Made by a program: the position numbers and the translations under genes. A stretch of DNA of 64,000 nucleotides from Nitrosarchaeum sp. Its GTDB lineage: Archaea; Thermoproteota; Nitrososphaeria; Nitrososphaerales; Nitrosopumilaceae. A model generated the notes under the pieces. It saw nothing but the letters and a program-made list of their open reading frames with translations. It did not search any database and had not been told where the DNA came from. Positions 9,927 to 20,111 of this stretch are shown in pieces. The number at the start of each line of letters is the position of its first letter. The first letter of the stretch is position 1. The stretch is taken from contig OZ245020.1 of NCBI GenBank assembly GCA_965223865.1, forward strand, positions 1,344,001-1,408,000, given 5' to 3'.

Positions 9927-10181
9927 TTAATCTTCTATATCCCTCATTTGTCTTCTAAGTTTTTGTTCATTTCTTTGCCAAATTTCTATCATTTTTTCAT
10001 TAAAGGTGATTTCTTCTTTGATTTTCATTGTATCGTCAAAAGCCATTCCTTCTAATTGTTGTTCTAGCTGATCTTTCTTGTCTTGATGAAACTGAATGTT
10101 TGTCAATATTTCATTTAGCTTTTTTTCTTGATATTGTCTTACCCTTTTTTTAAAAAATTCCAACATAGAATTTAGATTCAA
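9927..10181 (-). CDS. hypothetical coiled-coil protein
   Basis: 84-aa ORF rich in K/E/Q. Confidence 0.6.
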   Translation of the reverse strand: MNLNSMLEFFKKRVRQYQEKKLNEILTNIQFHQDKKDQLEQQLEGMAFDDTMKIKEEITFNEKMIEIWQRNEQKLRRQMRDIED

Positions 10182-10400
10182 TCTAACTAAAATTTATTTT
10201 TGATAATTTGTGAAAATGATAAACTCTAAAAACTCAAGGGCAATTTGTCTTCGTTTTGTGATTATACATTAACTTGTTTAGACTTATGATTAAAAAGGTG
10301 TCTTTACACTTTGAAGTATTTTAAGAATTCCTAGTCAGAGTAAAAACCAAACAATTAAGATCATGTATTGTTTATTTTAAAATTTGAGAATTTTGGGATT

Positions 10401-11486
10401 TTATTTTTTCAAATAACTATTTTTTAATCTTAATTTTTTGAACCAAAAACTACCAAAGCTGTTAGGATCTTTCTTATTGGAAATGGTTGGTGTTGGTTTT
10501 TCAACAAAGATTCCTTGTGGGCGGTACAAAAGCACTACTAGTAAAATAATCCCAAGTAGTAAAAAGCCAAGCCAGACGACATCAAATGGGACAAACCCCT
10601 CAAAGGAATTCTTGAAAAATATGATTAGCTTTCGAATTGTCACAAAGATCAAAGTTCCTACTATGACCCCTTTGTTGTTTGCAAGCCCCCCAATGAGAAT
10701 CATGAGAAATGGCCAAAATGTCCAGCTTGCTATATCATAAGCAAATGCGATAGTTCCTCCAACATAAAATGCGTATAGTGCTCCGCCTATTGCTGCAAGT
10801 GCAGCTGAGACCATAATTACTTTGATTCGAATCTGTGTAGTATTTTTTCCAAGAGATTCTGCTGCAACTTCATTGTCTCGTACCGCACGAAGTAATCTCC
10901 CAAGTGGAGAACGAATCAACTTTTCACTATACGCAAAGACAGTAATTGCAATTAGGATCATTCCAAGTGTAGCTACTGGAAAACGAATATCATCTGGTAA
11001 AAATGTCAACGGATCAGGTACCTGAACACCTAGTGTTCCCCCAACTAATGGCGTAAAGTTGTTTCCAATAATTCTAATGCTCTCACCAAAGGCAAGGAGG
11101 GTGATTGCCAAATAATCTCCTCTCAGTCGTATTGCAGGGTATGATGTAAGAAGGCCCAATCCTCCACCAACTCCTGCAGCAATACCTAAAGTTAAAAAGA
11201 AAACAGCAAAGCCAACACCAATATTGTCAACTAACCAAACATTAATCTGCGAAACTATGAGCAAGTTATCTGCAATATAGTCTCCCTCTATTCCTGCAAG
11301 GCTTGCAAAAATTCTTCCAGGAATCGATGCTGCTACAAATGCACCAGCACCGACTGCAAGAACCTTTCCAAAGTTTGGAATTCCAGTATATCCAAATTCT
11401 AAATTCAAGCTAAGATTAACAATTGCATATACTGCAAATATTGCAAGCAAGTCTACAATGAAAACTGTTTCAGGACCTAGAACCAT
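10401..11486 (-). CDS. livM: branched-chain amino acid ABC transporter permease (LivM-type)
   Basis: SLNLEFGYTG, RLRGDYLAITLLAFGE, SPLGRLLRAVRDNEVAAESLG, RPQGI. Confidence 0.88.
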   Translation of the reverse strand: MVLGPETVFIVDLLAIFAVYAIVNLSLNLEFGYTGIPNFGKVLAVGAGAFVAASIPGRIFASLAGIEGDYIADNLLIVSQINVWLVDNIGVGFAVFFLTLGIAAGVGGGLGLLTSYPAIRLRGDYLAITLLAFGESIRIIGNNFTPLVGGTLGVQVPDPLTFLPDDIRFPVATLGMILIAITVFAYSEKLIRSPLGRLLRAVRDNEVAAESLGKNTTQIRIKVIMVSAALAAIGGALYAFYVGGTIAFAYDIASWTFWPFLMILIGGLANNKGVIVGTLIFVTIRKLIIFFKNSFEGFVPFDVVWLGFLLLGIILLVVLLYRPQGIFVEKPTPTISNKKDPNSFGSFWFKKLRLKNSYLKK

Positions 11487-12329
11487 ATCTCCTCAACTTT
11501 GACCAATTAATTCCTGCCAAACCTTGTGGTGCAAGCAGTAGTGTGACTACAATGAAAACAAGTGGAATGAGGGGCCTGTATGCAATTAACCACGAACCAA
11601 ATTCGCCTGCCAAAAACCGCGTTCCTAAAACTTCGATTAGTCCTAAAAGAATACCTCCTACTATTGCACCATAAATACTAAGAAATCCCCCAACAATACT
11701 AGCTGCAAATACACTTGGTATTAGCAGCGGACCTAGGTTTGGGTCCCCTGAAACCACAATGACATTAATGCACCTGCAATTCCAGCAAATCCCCCTCCTA
11801 GCAACCAAGATGCTCCATAAACTAGCTTGACATTGATTCCTACAGTCTCTGCTAAATCTGAGTTTTGAGTTGCAGCCCTCATGGCTATGCCAAATTTTGT
11901 TTTCTTTAACATAACATGCAAAGTTATACCTAAAATTGCAATAGTAATGGGGGCAACAAATACTATCAAAGGAAGTCCCATAAACTCTGCATCATAACTT
12001 CGCAAAGTAAACTCCCTTGATGTAACTTGGAAAGTCTTTACGATAAAATCTGCTGTAATATTTAGCAGAGCAATTACAACTAAATCAAATGCCAAAGTAG
12101 CAATCATCAGAATTGCTTGGGATGAACCTTTCCTAATTAGTGGTTTTAAAATAAAGTGGTACAGAGATAATGCAACTAATCCAGATATTACAAAAGCAAT
12201 AGGAATTGCAATGTATGGAATAACATCCCAAACTCTAGTTGCTATTAGTGCAATGTAAACACCAATTGTTGCAAAAGAGGCATGCGCAAAGTTTGGTACT
12301 CGAGTGGTTAGATATGTAAGAGTCAGCAT
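11470..12329 (-). pseudogene. livH: LivH-type permease, 5'-truncated and frameshifted
   Basis: LTLTY..VPNFAH, TKFGIAMRA, GINVKLVY, then IVGGFLSIYG..APQGL in another frame; -1 frameshift in the GGGG run near 11745-11748 (FQG|DPNLG); first TM helix missing. Confidence 0.85.
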
Positions 12330-12396
12330 ATGCCGAAATTGGATAAAGTACCAAAATCATCATTGCTGTAGAAAGTAAAAAGAATTCTTTTCTCAC
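12235..12396 (-). pseudogene. orphan 5' end of a secreted-protein gene (signal peptide only) running out of frame into livH
   Basis: GTG at 12396 gives MRKEFFLLSTAMMILVLYPISAYA-DS, a Sec-type signal with AxA site; TATA-like AT-rich tract about 15-30 nt upstream. Confidence 0.6.
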
Positions 12397-12633
12397 AAGT
12401 TGAAAATTGTGTAATAAAAGATAAACATATTGGATGAATTACAAATAATTGTTTTACTTTATTCATATAACATTCAAGTTCATCCAAAAATGAATCCTCT
12501 TCAATATTTGGGTACTAATGAGCCTAAAGAGACTCACCCACCAAATTGGGGATATAAATGGACGTAGATGAGTGTGAAACTCAACTTCAATGTGTAACAT
12601 CGTCAATTTGTTGTACAGGATCTTATGAATAAA

Positions 12634-12960
12634 TTAAACTGGTTTATTTTGCAAACTAATTTTTTGATTTACTATCTTGAAGGCATTCTTTGTCAATACA
12701 TCAAAACCTGCGATGGATGCAATCAGACTTGCAATTATAGTCAGTTCTGACAAGTCAGATAGCATTTGATCTTGAATGGCTTCGATTTGAGGACCAATTA
12801 TTGTAATTCCAACAATAAATGCAATAATGGTGGATGCTAATGCACTTCTTGTATCATAGTGTTCTTTAGATTTTAGCCAGCCAAGAAGATTCTGTAATAT
12901 CACCCCAATAGTTACTATAACTATGGTGGCAATTACTGGAGATAATCCAAAAACATCCAT
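12634..12960 (-). CDS. hypothetical small membrane protein (3 TM)
   Basis: three hydrophobic segments; ATG at 12960. Confidence 0.7.
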   Translation of the reverse strand: MDVFGLSPVIATIVIVTIGVILQNLLGWLKSKEHYDTRSALASTIIAFIVGITIIGPQIEAIQDQMLSDLSELTIIASLIASIAGFDVLTKNAFKIVNQKISLQNKPV

Positions 12961-13121
12961 ACTTGAATTATGCAAAAAATACTAAAGTAGATTAGTTATA
13001 ATTTATGAGTGAATCTTAATATTGACTTCTTTTACTGTTATGTTTTGTGAATGCATAATCTTATACAAGATTAAGGAATACTTGAAGTAATCATTAAGCT
13101 ATTTTCTTTTTTATGGTTAAC

Positions 13122-13580
13122 TTAATTTTTTGTAATTAAGAGAGGCTTCTCATATTCTGTGATTGGTTCTGATGCAATTTGGAAGTTGGTGAAATTTATT
13201 TGCATGCGTAAATCAGTCAATGTTTTTAGCATTATACTACGTTTTACTGGTTTTTTCAAATATGAGTACAATCCATGTTTTTGCCATTTTTCTAATTCAG
13301 TATTATCAAAATCAACACCTGAAAACAAGAAAACAGTTGTTTTTTTGAACACTTGATTTTCTTTAAGTTGAGCCAAAATTTGTTTTCCATCAAAATCGCC
13401 TAAAGGAACGTCAACAAAAACTGCATCATATGATTTATTTTCAATGTGTTGTAATCCTGTTTTGAGTGTGGTTGCTCCAACTGCAGAGAAACCTTTAATC
13501 TGTAACATCTTTGTAAATACACGTACAAGGTAAGGATTGTCATCAATTATCAGAATCTTCATATTTTGTATAATTGACAT
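13122..13580 (-). CDS. response regulator receiver protein
   Basis: KILIIDDN, AVFVD (phospho-acceptor Asp), FLFSG, YLKKP; no output domain. Confidence 0.85.
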   Translation of the reverse strand: MSIIQNMKILIIDDNPYLVRVFTKMLQIKGFSAVGATTLKTGLQHIENKSYDAVFVDVPLGDFDGKQILAQLKENQVFKKTTVFLFSGVDFDNTELEKWQKHGLYSYLKKPVKRSIMLKTLTDLRMQINFTNFQIASEPITEYEKPLLITKN

Positions 13581-13712
13581 TGAAAATTTTATTTCATCAT
13601 AATTATTAATTAATTCTACTCTTTGTAACGTCTTGTTATGTAGAAATACATAAATCCATCTGGATTGGTTTTCGGCAACAACATAATGGATGTAAAAAAA
13701 GATAAAGTATGG

Positions 13713-14096
13713 TTAGCATGCTTTGAGAGTTTGCCAAATTCCAATTACATTTCCTTCGGTATCGGCAACTCTAGCATACAAACCAAAATCTCCAACTTGC
13801 ATTTTTGGCATTACTGTTTTACCCCCTGCAGATTCTACTTTTGAAATGTGTTCATCTATAGATGAAACATCAATTACAATTACAGGATGTTCTCCTGTAG
13901 GGTCCTTTTTGAGTAAACCGCCATTGATTGCACCCGGTTCCTTTGGCTTCATATTCTCATCACTTGGAGTAGTAGTAGCAAGATAGTAATCCATTTCAGG
14001 AAATTTGGTTATTTGCCAACCAAAAACGTCTTGGTAGAACTTTTGTGCTCGAGTTTCATCATCAAAAGGGATCTCAAAATGTACAACTTTGTTCAT
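13713..14096 (-). CDS. VOC/glyoxalase family protein
   Basis: VVHFEIP..RAQKFYQDVFGW, GAINGG, DTEGNVIGIWQ. Confidence 0.88.
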   Translation of the reverse strand: MNKVVHFEIPFDDETRAQKFYQDVFGWQITKFPEMDYYLATTTPSDENMKPKEPGAINGGLLKKDPTGEHPVIVIDVSSIDEHISKVESAGGKTVMPKMQVGDFGLYARVADTEGNVIGIWQTLKAC

Positions 14097-14193
14097 ACCA
14101 GAACAAAATGTTGATAGTTGATAATCTTTTTTCCAATAGATTCAATTTCTAAGAGAATTGAATTATTAAAATTCATAATATTAGAAATTCATA

Positions 14194-14216
14194 TGGGCCC
14201 ACGGGGATTTGAACCC
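14194..14216 (-). other. orphan tRNA 3'-end fragment (att-like site)
   Basis: minus strand reads GGGTTCAAATCCCCGTGGGCCCA = partial T-arm, 3' acceptor strand and discriminator; no 5' half adjacent. Confidence 0.75.
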
Positions 14217-14268
14217 ATATTAAGAAAACTCCACTAATTGTATTTTTTAAAAAATCCAGCGTCTTTAT

Positions 14269-15867
14269 CTAAAAGACCTCTTTTGGACGATATTCTCCAA
14301 ATACTTCTCTGAATGTGTTACTAATCTCACCAGTTGTTGCATATGATTTAGCAGCTGTAATGATGTATGGCATTAGATTCTTATCCGTATCTGCAGCACT
14401 TTTCATAGCAGATAATGCCTTTTCTAATTTCTTATTATCTCTAGATGATCTTAGTTTTTTGAGTTCTTTCTTTTGTTGAATCTCAATTCTGTCATCAATT
14501 CGCAAAAGTTCTGGCTGTTCTTCTTTTTCAGAATATTTGTTTACCCCCACCAAGATTCTATCGCCCTCATCAGTCTCTTTCTTTAAACGATATGCATTTT
14601 GTCTGATTTCAGACTGGAAGAATCCTTTCTCAATTGCCTTGACAGAACCTCCCATCTTTTGAATTTTTTTAAGATATTTCCAAACTCCGTCTTCTATTTG
14701 ATCACAGAGTTCCTCAAGATAGTGAGAGCCTGACATGGGGTCTGCAGTCTTTGTAATGCCACTTTCGTGGGCCACAATCTGTTGTGTTCTTAGGGCAATT
14801 TTTGCAGATTCTTGTGTAGGTAAAGCAAGTGCCTCATCTCTAGAATTTGTGTGAAGTGATTGAGTTCCGCCCATTACTGCCGCCATTGTTTGAATAGCTA
14901 CTCTAACAATATTGTTATCTGGTTGTTGAGCAGTAAGAGATTCTCCACTTGTTTGAGTATGGAATTTTAGTTGCATGGATTTTGGATCTTTTGCATGGAA
15001 CATCTCTTTGAGAATTTTTGCATAAACTTTTCTTGCTACTCTAAACTTTGCAACTTCTTCAAAGAATTCAATTGTACAGCAGAAGAAAAATGATAGACGT
15101 GGTGCAAAGTCATCAATTTTGAGCCCTCTGTCAATACATGTCTGAATGTATGCTATTGCATTTGCAAGTGTAAATGCAACTTCTTGTGTAGCAGTACAGC
15201 CTGCCTCTCTCATATGATATCCAGAAATAGATACAGGATACCATTGAGGAACTTTTTGTGCACAATACCCAATCATATCTCCAATTAATCTCATTGATGG
15301 TTGAGGGGGATAGATGTAGGTGTTTCGTGCAATGTATTCTTTTAGAATATCATTTTGTGTAGTTCCACGTAGCTGTTCGCTTTTAAATCCTTGAGACTCT
15401 CCTACTGCGATATAATATGCAAGTAAGGTTGATGCTGTAGAATTAATTGTCATAGATGAGCTGACTTTACCAAGAGGAATCCCATCAAATGCCGTCATCA
15501 TATCTTTTAGAGATGCAATAGATACCCCTACTTTTCCTACTTCGCCTTCTGCTTGTGGGGAATCTGGATCATATCCAATCTGAGTTGGAAGATCAAAAGC
15601 CATGCTGAGACCTGTCTGGCCCTTTTCAAGCATAAACTTGAAGCGTTCATTTGTAAGCTTTGCATCCCCAAATCCAGAATATTGACGCATCGTCCAGAAT
15701 CTATCACGATACATTCCAGGATGAATTCCTCGCGTGAATGGATATTTTCCAGAGTCCTCAGTAGGTCTCTTTTTTGAGGATTTTTGATAAATTCTTTTTA
15801 CAGGAAAATTTGAATCAGTAAAAATTTTCTTTTCTGGTTGTTTGGGTTTTGATTTTTTTTCTGCCAT
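14269..15867 (-). CDS. methylmalonyl-CoA mutase, catalytic (large) subunit
   Basis: YPFTRGIH..WTMRQYSGFG, GTTQNDILKEYIARNTYIYPP, SISGYHMREAG, GGTQSLHTNS. Confidence 0.95.
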   Translation of the reverse strand: MAEKKSKPKQPEKKIFTDSNFPVKRIYQKSSKKRPTEDSGKYPFTRGIHPGMYRDRFWTMRQYSGFGDAKLTNERFKFMLEKGQTGLSMAFDLPTQIGYDPDSPQAEGEVGKVGVSIASLKDMMTAFDGIPLGKVSSSMTINSTASTLLAYYIAVGESQGFKSEQLRGTTQNDILKEYIARNTYIYPPQPSMRLIGDMIGYCAQKVPQWYPVSISGYHMREAGCTATQEVAFTLANAIAYIQTCIDRGLKIDDFAPRLSFFFCCTIEFFEEVAKFRVARKVYAKILKEMFHAKDPKSMQLKFHTQTSGESLTAQQPDNNIVRVAIQTMAAVMGGTQSLHTNSRDEALALPTQESAKIALRTQQIVAHESGITKTADPMSGSHYLEELCDQIEDGVWKYLKKIQKMGGSVKAIEKGFFQSEIRQNAYRLKKETDEGDRILVGVNKYSEKEEQPELLRIDDRIEIQQKKELKKLRSSRDNKKLEKALSAMKSAADTDKNLMPYIITAAKSYATTGEISNTFREVFGEYRPKEVF

Positions 15868-15873
15868 AATTTC

Positions 15874-16791
15874 TCACTTTACCAACGACTTTGTAATTTT
15901 ATCTGCTGCTTCAAAGGGATCAATATTTTTTGTTTGTAGTTTGTTTAGATATTTTGAAAATGTCTTATCAGAATCTAGCATTTCATTCATCTTTTCTTTT
16001 ATGTTATTTAAAACAATATCCTTGAGTTCAGTTTCGAGTCTTTCTTGATCTTTTTCTTTTTTGAATTTCTTTTTATCGCCCATCATCTTTTTTAGAGTTT
16101 TGGCAAATTCTGTAATTCCCCTGTTTTTCTTTACTGATGTTTTTAAAATTACTGGGTTTCTCTCAGAGGCACCAATAAAATCCCTTACAGCATCAAATAA
16201 TTGATTTGTTCCATCCAAATCGCTTTTGTTTACTAGATAAATATCTCCAATTTCAGTTAAGCCTGCCTTGATTGTTTGTATGCTGTCTCCTGTATGTGGG
16301 TTAAAAACAACTACTGTAATATCAGCAATATTTGAAATTTCTACCTCTGTTTGGCCTGCACCTACGCTCTCAATAATAATTGGATTAAATCCGGCATACT
16401 CTAAAATTCGAATACTGTTTCTTAAAGAACGTGAAACAGCTCCAGTTGCACCTCGTGAGGCAATACTTCGAATATAAGTACCAGAATCCGTAGATTCACT
16501 CATCCTTACTCTATCGCCTAATATGGCTCCGCCTGTAACATGACTAGTAGGATCTACTGCAAGTACTGCTGGCTTCGTTCTTAATTTTCTCATAGCGACT
16601 GCTGTTTTGTTAATTAGTGAACTCTTTCCAGCTCCTGCAGGTCCTGTAATTCCAATAACCATGGAGTTGCCCGTATTTTTGAAAATTTTCTTAAGAATTT
16701 TTTTTGCTTCAGGTTGATCATTTTCTACTATGGTGATTGCCTTTGCAATTGCACCACGTTTTCCTTTTTTTAACTCTGCAAGTAAATCCAA
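15874..16791 (-). CDS. meaB: MeaB/ArgK GTPase chaperone of methylmalonyl-CoA mutase
   Basis: GPAGAGKSS, AVDPTS..GGAILGDRVRM, ESVGAGQTE, NKSD; adjacent to the mutase. Confidence 0.92.
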   Translation of the reverse strand: MDLLAELKKGKRGAIAKAITIVENDQPEAKKILKKIFKNTGNSMVIGITGPAGAGKSSLINKTAVAMRKLRTKPAVLAVDPTSHVTGGAILGDRVRMSESTDSGTYIRSIASRGATGAVSRSLRNSIRILEYAGFNPIIIESVGAGQTEVEISNIADITVVVFNPHTGDSIQTIKAGLTEIGDIYLVNKSDLDGTNQLFDAVRDFIGASERNPVILKTSVKKNRGITEFAKTLKKMMGDKKKFKKEKDQERLETELKDIVLNNIKEKMNEMLDSDKTFSKYLNKLQTKNIDPFEAADKITKSLVK

Positions 16792-16835
16792 TATTAGAAC
16801 GATTTTCCAAGCTGCAATAAAATCTTGTGTTCGAT

Positions 16836-17243
16836 CTATGGTTTTCCATAAATTATAGGAGGTTTTGGTTCATCTACCGGATGGATTTCAGTTTTTAGCT
16901 GAATCTTTCCAAGTTCTTTATGTTCAATATCTAAAACTACAGGATGAATAGGCCAACCATACTTTGGAGGATTTGGAAACGGAACAATTTCTATAAATTC
17001 AGACTCTGAAAATGTCTTTTGAAACGATTTCTCCATCCCAAGAATCTCTAAAACTACATAATTTGTTTGCGCTGATTTATCAAGAAATGAAATCTCAACA
17101 TGACCTGAGTCATAGTATATTGCTTCAATTAGAAATGTTTCTCTAAGGATATCTTTGTCGTCATTTCCAGCCCCCGTCAAAAACAAAATTGCCAACACAC
17201 TAATTACTCCTAGAGAAATTGTTGAAACAATTTTTTTAGGCAT
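16836..17243 (-). CDS. hypothetical membrane-anchored/secreted protein
   Basis: N-terminal hydrophobic helix; overlaps the aminopeptidase stop. Confidence 0.7.
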   Translation of the reverse strand: MPKKIVSTISLGVISVLAILFLTGAGNDDKDILRETFLIEAIYYDSGHVEISFLDKSAQTNYVVLEILGMEKSFQKTFSESEFIEIVPFPNPPKYGWPIHPVVLDIEHKELGKIQLKTEIHPVDEPKPPIIYGKP

Positions 17244-19737
17244 CTTTGAACTCTTTTCTCATATTCCTCAAGAATTTAGAATTTATTCTGATTCGTTCAA
17301 GTGTTTGAGCTTGAGTTCTTTCAGTTCCAGGAGTTGGATTTTTCTTAAAGAATTGTTTGATTTCTTTTTCCATCGAATCATCGGCAACTGATGAAATACT
17401 TGCAACAATTCTATTGAAAAGTGGGTTTCCATGCCCAACTTTTTTGTTTAGTTTTTTCCAGTTCGCTTTTAACCATGGCCATAGTACTTGTTTACCATAT
17501 GGATTTGCAGCCACTTTCATTATAGGCAATTGCATATTTTGAGACTTTACCTCAGAGGTTTGAGAAAAATTAAGTGACTTTTCAAGTAATTTTTTGTTTT
17601 TAAAACCACACATTGCTCCCAAAAAGCGAAGTTTTTCCTCCATTGTTTTCGCACTTTTGTAGAGATTAATTAGTTCAGAATGAGTCTTTGAATTTCCAGT
17701 CCATGCAGCAATTGAACAAATAGGTTCTATTAAATCAGGAGAAAGTGAGCTTTGAGATTTTAGAAATTTTCTGTATCTTTTTCTTGCTTCATCTAAAACT
17801 ACTTCGTCATCTAATTTACCTAAAGTTGAAATTGCAAAAGAACGTAACAGTGCATCAGTATGTTTATCTGATTTTTTAGGTTCCCATCCTAAATCAAATA
17901 AAATTTTTCTAAAATAGTTAATAGCATAACCCCGTATATCTTCAGAAAATTTTTCATCATATACACGAAAGAAAAGAGATGCCAAGTTATGAGCAACATT
18001 TACTGATGCAAGATAACTGTCTTCTTCATAATAAGCATCTGAAAAATCAAGATAATTCCTAACCTGCTCATTACCTGAAATACACAGAGAATAAAGATCA
18101 TTTTGTATTGCCCATCTATCAATAGGGGCAATTCTTTTTTGATCAACTAGCATCTTTAGGTCAAGTAAGATCCCTTCTCCATATTTCACACGATAGAATC
18201 CCCTTCGTCCATAATTGGCAACAAAGCCTACTGTTTTTTTAGGAATTTTTACTGTCATTGATTTTTTTGAAAACATCTTTTTTGAAATTTCTTTAGATAG
18301 CCCAATAGAAATAGGAATCATCCATTGACCTTTACTGAATTTTTTATCATGCTCAAGAAGGTATCTTCTCTGTTTCAAATAAAGAGTAGAGTCTTTTTGT
18401 TCAATCTCAACTAGTGGAAATCCTGATTGTTTTAGCCATGAATTTACCATATTGCTAACAGGCATTCTCGAGGCTTTTCCAATTTCATTCCATAAATCTT
18501 GTCCTTGGGCATTTTTGTATTTGAATTTTGAAAGATATTGTTTCAAGCCTTTTCTAAAATTTGTCTCACCGACGTAATGCTCTAACATTCTCAAAATACA
18601 TCCACCTTTGTCATAAGAGATTGCATCAAAAATCTCTCTAATTTCTGAAGGAGAGTGTACTTTAACATCTATTGGATGTGTGGTCTTTAGAGAATCAAGA
18701 CTCATTGCTACATTCATAGCATCTTCTACAAATTGATTCCACAAATCCCATTCAGGATAGAATTTATCTACAAACTTTGTGGCCATAAATGTTGCAAAAC
18801 TTTCATTTAACCACAAATCATTCCACCATTTCATAGTGACCAAATTTCCAAACCATTGGTGAGCTATCTCGTGAGATATTACTTCAGCAATGAATTGCTT
18901 TGTTCGAGTGGAAGATGTTTTAGGATCATAAAGTAAAATTGTCTCTCTAAATGTAATTGCCCCCCAGTTTTCCATTGCTCCTGCAGCAAAGTCTGGAACT
19001 GCAATCAAGTCAAGTTTAGGTAAAGGATATTTTATTCCAAAGTATTTTTCATATGAAGTTAACAATTTCTTTCCCAAGTTAAGTGAGAATTTTCCTTTTG
19101 ATTTGTTTCCTTTTGTAGTTACTACGCGAATCTGAACTTTTCCAATCTTGCTTGTAAGATATTCAAATTCACCCACACCAAGATAAATCAAATAAGTAGA
19201 AACAATTGATGTTTTTCCAAATTTGTAAAGTGTCTTACTTCCAATTTTCTTTTTTGATTCAACAGGCATGTTTGAGATTGCAGAAAATTTGTTGTCTGCA
19301 ATAATTGAAATTTCAAAAGTAGCTTTTGCTTCAGGCACATCCCAGCATGGAAATGCACGTCTTGCATCAGCTGCTTCAAATTGAGTAGTGGCAAGATACT
19401 TTATTTTTCCACCTTGTTTGTATTGGCTTCTATAAAATCCCAGTAATCGATCATTGAGAATTCCTTGAAATTCTATATGAAGAGTTGCTTTACCCTTAAT
19501 TTTCTCTTTTAGTTTGATTTGGAGTTCTTCTTTTTTTTCATTTGTTTTACTGGTAGATTTGATAATTTTACCGAATTGTTCAGAATGAATTGATTTTATT
19601 TTGATTTCTGCACAATCCATAATGATCGTGTCTGTTGATTTTTTACAATCAATTGTGATTACTTCTTGTCCTCTAAAAGTAAATTTTTTTAGATCAGGTT
19701 CAAATGTTATCTTGTAATTAATCGGAGTAGTATTCAC
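17236..19737 (-). CDS. pepN: M1 family zinc aminopeptidase (PepN/tricorn-interacting factor type)
   Basis: GAMENWG, HEIAH-x18-E (WLNES), ARRAFPCWD, ISYDKG. Confidence 0.94.
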   Translation of the reverse strand: MNTTPINYKITFEPDLKKFTFRGQEVITIDCKKSTDTIIMDCAEIKIKSIHSEQFGKIIKSTSKTNEKKEELQIKLKEKIKGKATLHIEFQGILNDRLLGFYRSQYKQGGKIKYLATTQFEAADARRAFPCWDVPEAKATFEISIIADNKFSAISNMPVESKKKIGSKTLYKFGKTSIVSTYLIYLGVGEFEYLTSKIGKVQIRVVTTKGNKSKGKFSLNLGKKLLTSYEKYFGIKYPLPKLDLIAVPDFAAGAMENWGAITFRETILLYDPKTSSTRTKQFIAEVISHEIAHQWFGNLVTMKWWNDLWLNESFATFMATKFVDKFYPEWDLWNQFVEDAMNVAMSLDSLKTTHPIDVKVHSPSEIREIFDAISYDKGGCILRMLEHYVGETNFRKGLKQYLSKFKYKNAQGQDLWNEIGKASRMPVSNMVNSWLKQSGFPLVEIEQKDSTLYLKQRRYLLEHDKKFSKGQWMIPISIGLSKEISKKMFSKKSMTVKIPKKTVGFVANYGRRGFYRVKYGEGILLDLKMLVDQKRIAPIDRWAIQNDLYSLCISGNEQVRNYLDFSDAYYEEDSYLASVNVAHNLASLFFRVYDEKFSEDIRGYAINYFRKILFDLGWEPKKSDKHTDALLRSFAISTLGKLDDEVVLDEARKRYRKFLKSQSSLSPDLIEPICSIAAWTGNSKTHSELINLYKSAKTMEEKLRFLGAMCGFKNKKLLEKSLNFSQTSEVKSQNMQLPIMKVAANPYGKQVLWPWLKANWKKLNKKVGHGNPLFNRIVASISSVADDSMEKEIKQFFKKNPTPGTERTQAQTLERIRINSKFLRNMRKEFKDA

Positions 19738-20111
19738 ATGAGTTGTTCAATAATTAGCCTTTATGTAGATTTTCTATTTTGAATAATTTGGCGATCAAGA
19801 AAATAATTACAGAATATTTGAGCAAATATCGTTCAATGGCTTTATTACAAAATTTCATTTTCTAATTATTACTACAATTTTTAATAGGATATAATCATGC
19901 CAAAAAAATTGAACTGTTTTACACTTTAATCTTGATGTAGTTTTTTACTAAACTTATTCAGATATAATACAATCAAAAGAAACAACTGCTGATACTTTTT
20001 CAAACAAAATATAACAATAAAACAAAGTTGATGTTTTCCCTTACTGGATGTTGATTTTTTCTACAAGTATGTTGTAAAATCTTGTTCTATATCGTATAAT
20101 TAAAAAACAAT

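Noticed and set aside
12634-12960. Holin or provirus marker
   Set aside because: Small multi-TM size fits, but there are no viral structural, integrase or replication genes nearby
13713-14096. Methylmalonyl-CoA epimerase, given its position after the mutase
   Set aside because: Has generic VVHFEI-type VOC motifs rather than the DHIxIAV and GLHH epimerase motifs
14194-14216. Complete tRNA gene
   Set aside because: No D-arm, anticodon arm or 5' acceptor strand on the upstream side; reported as a fragment only
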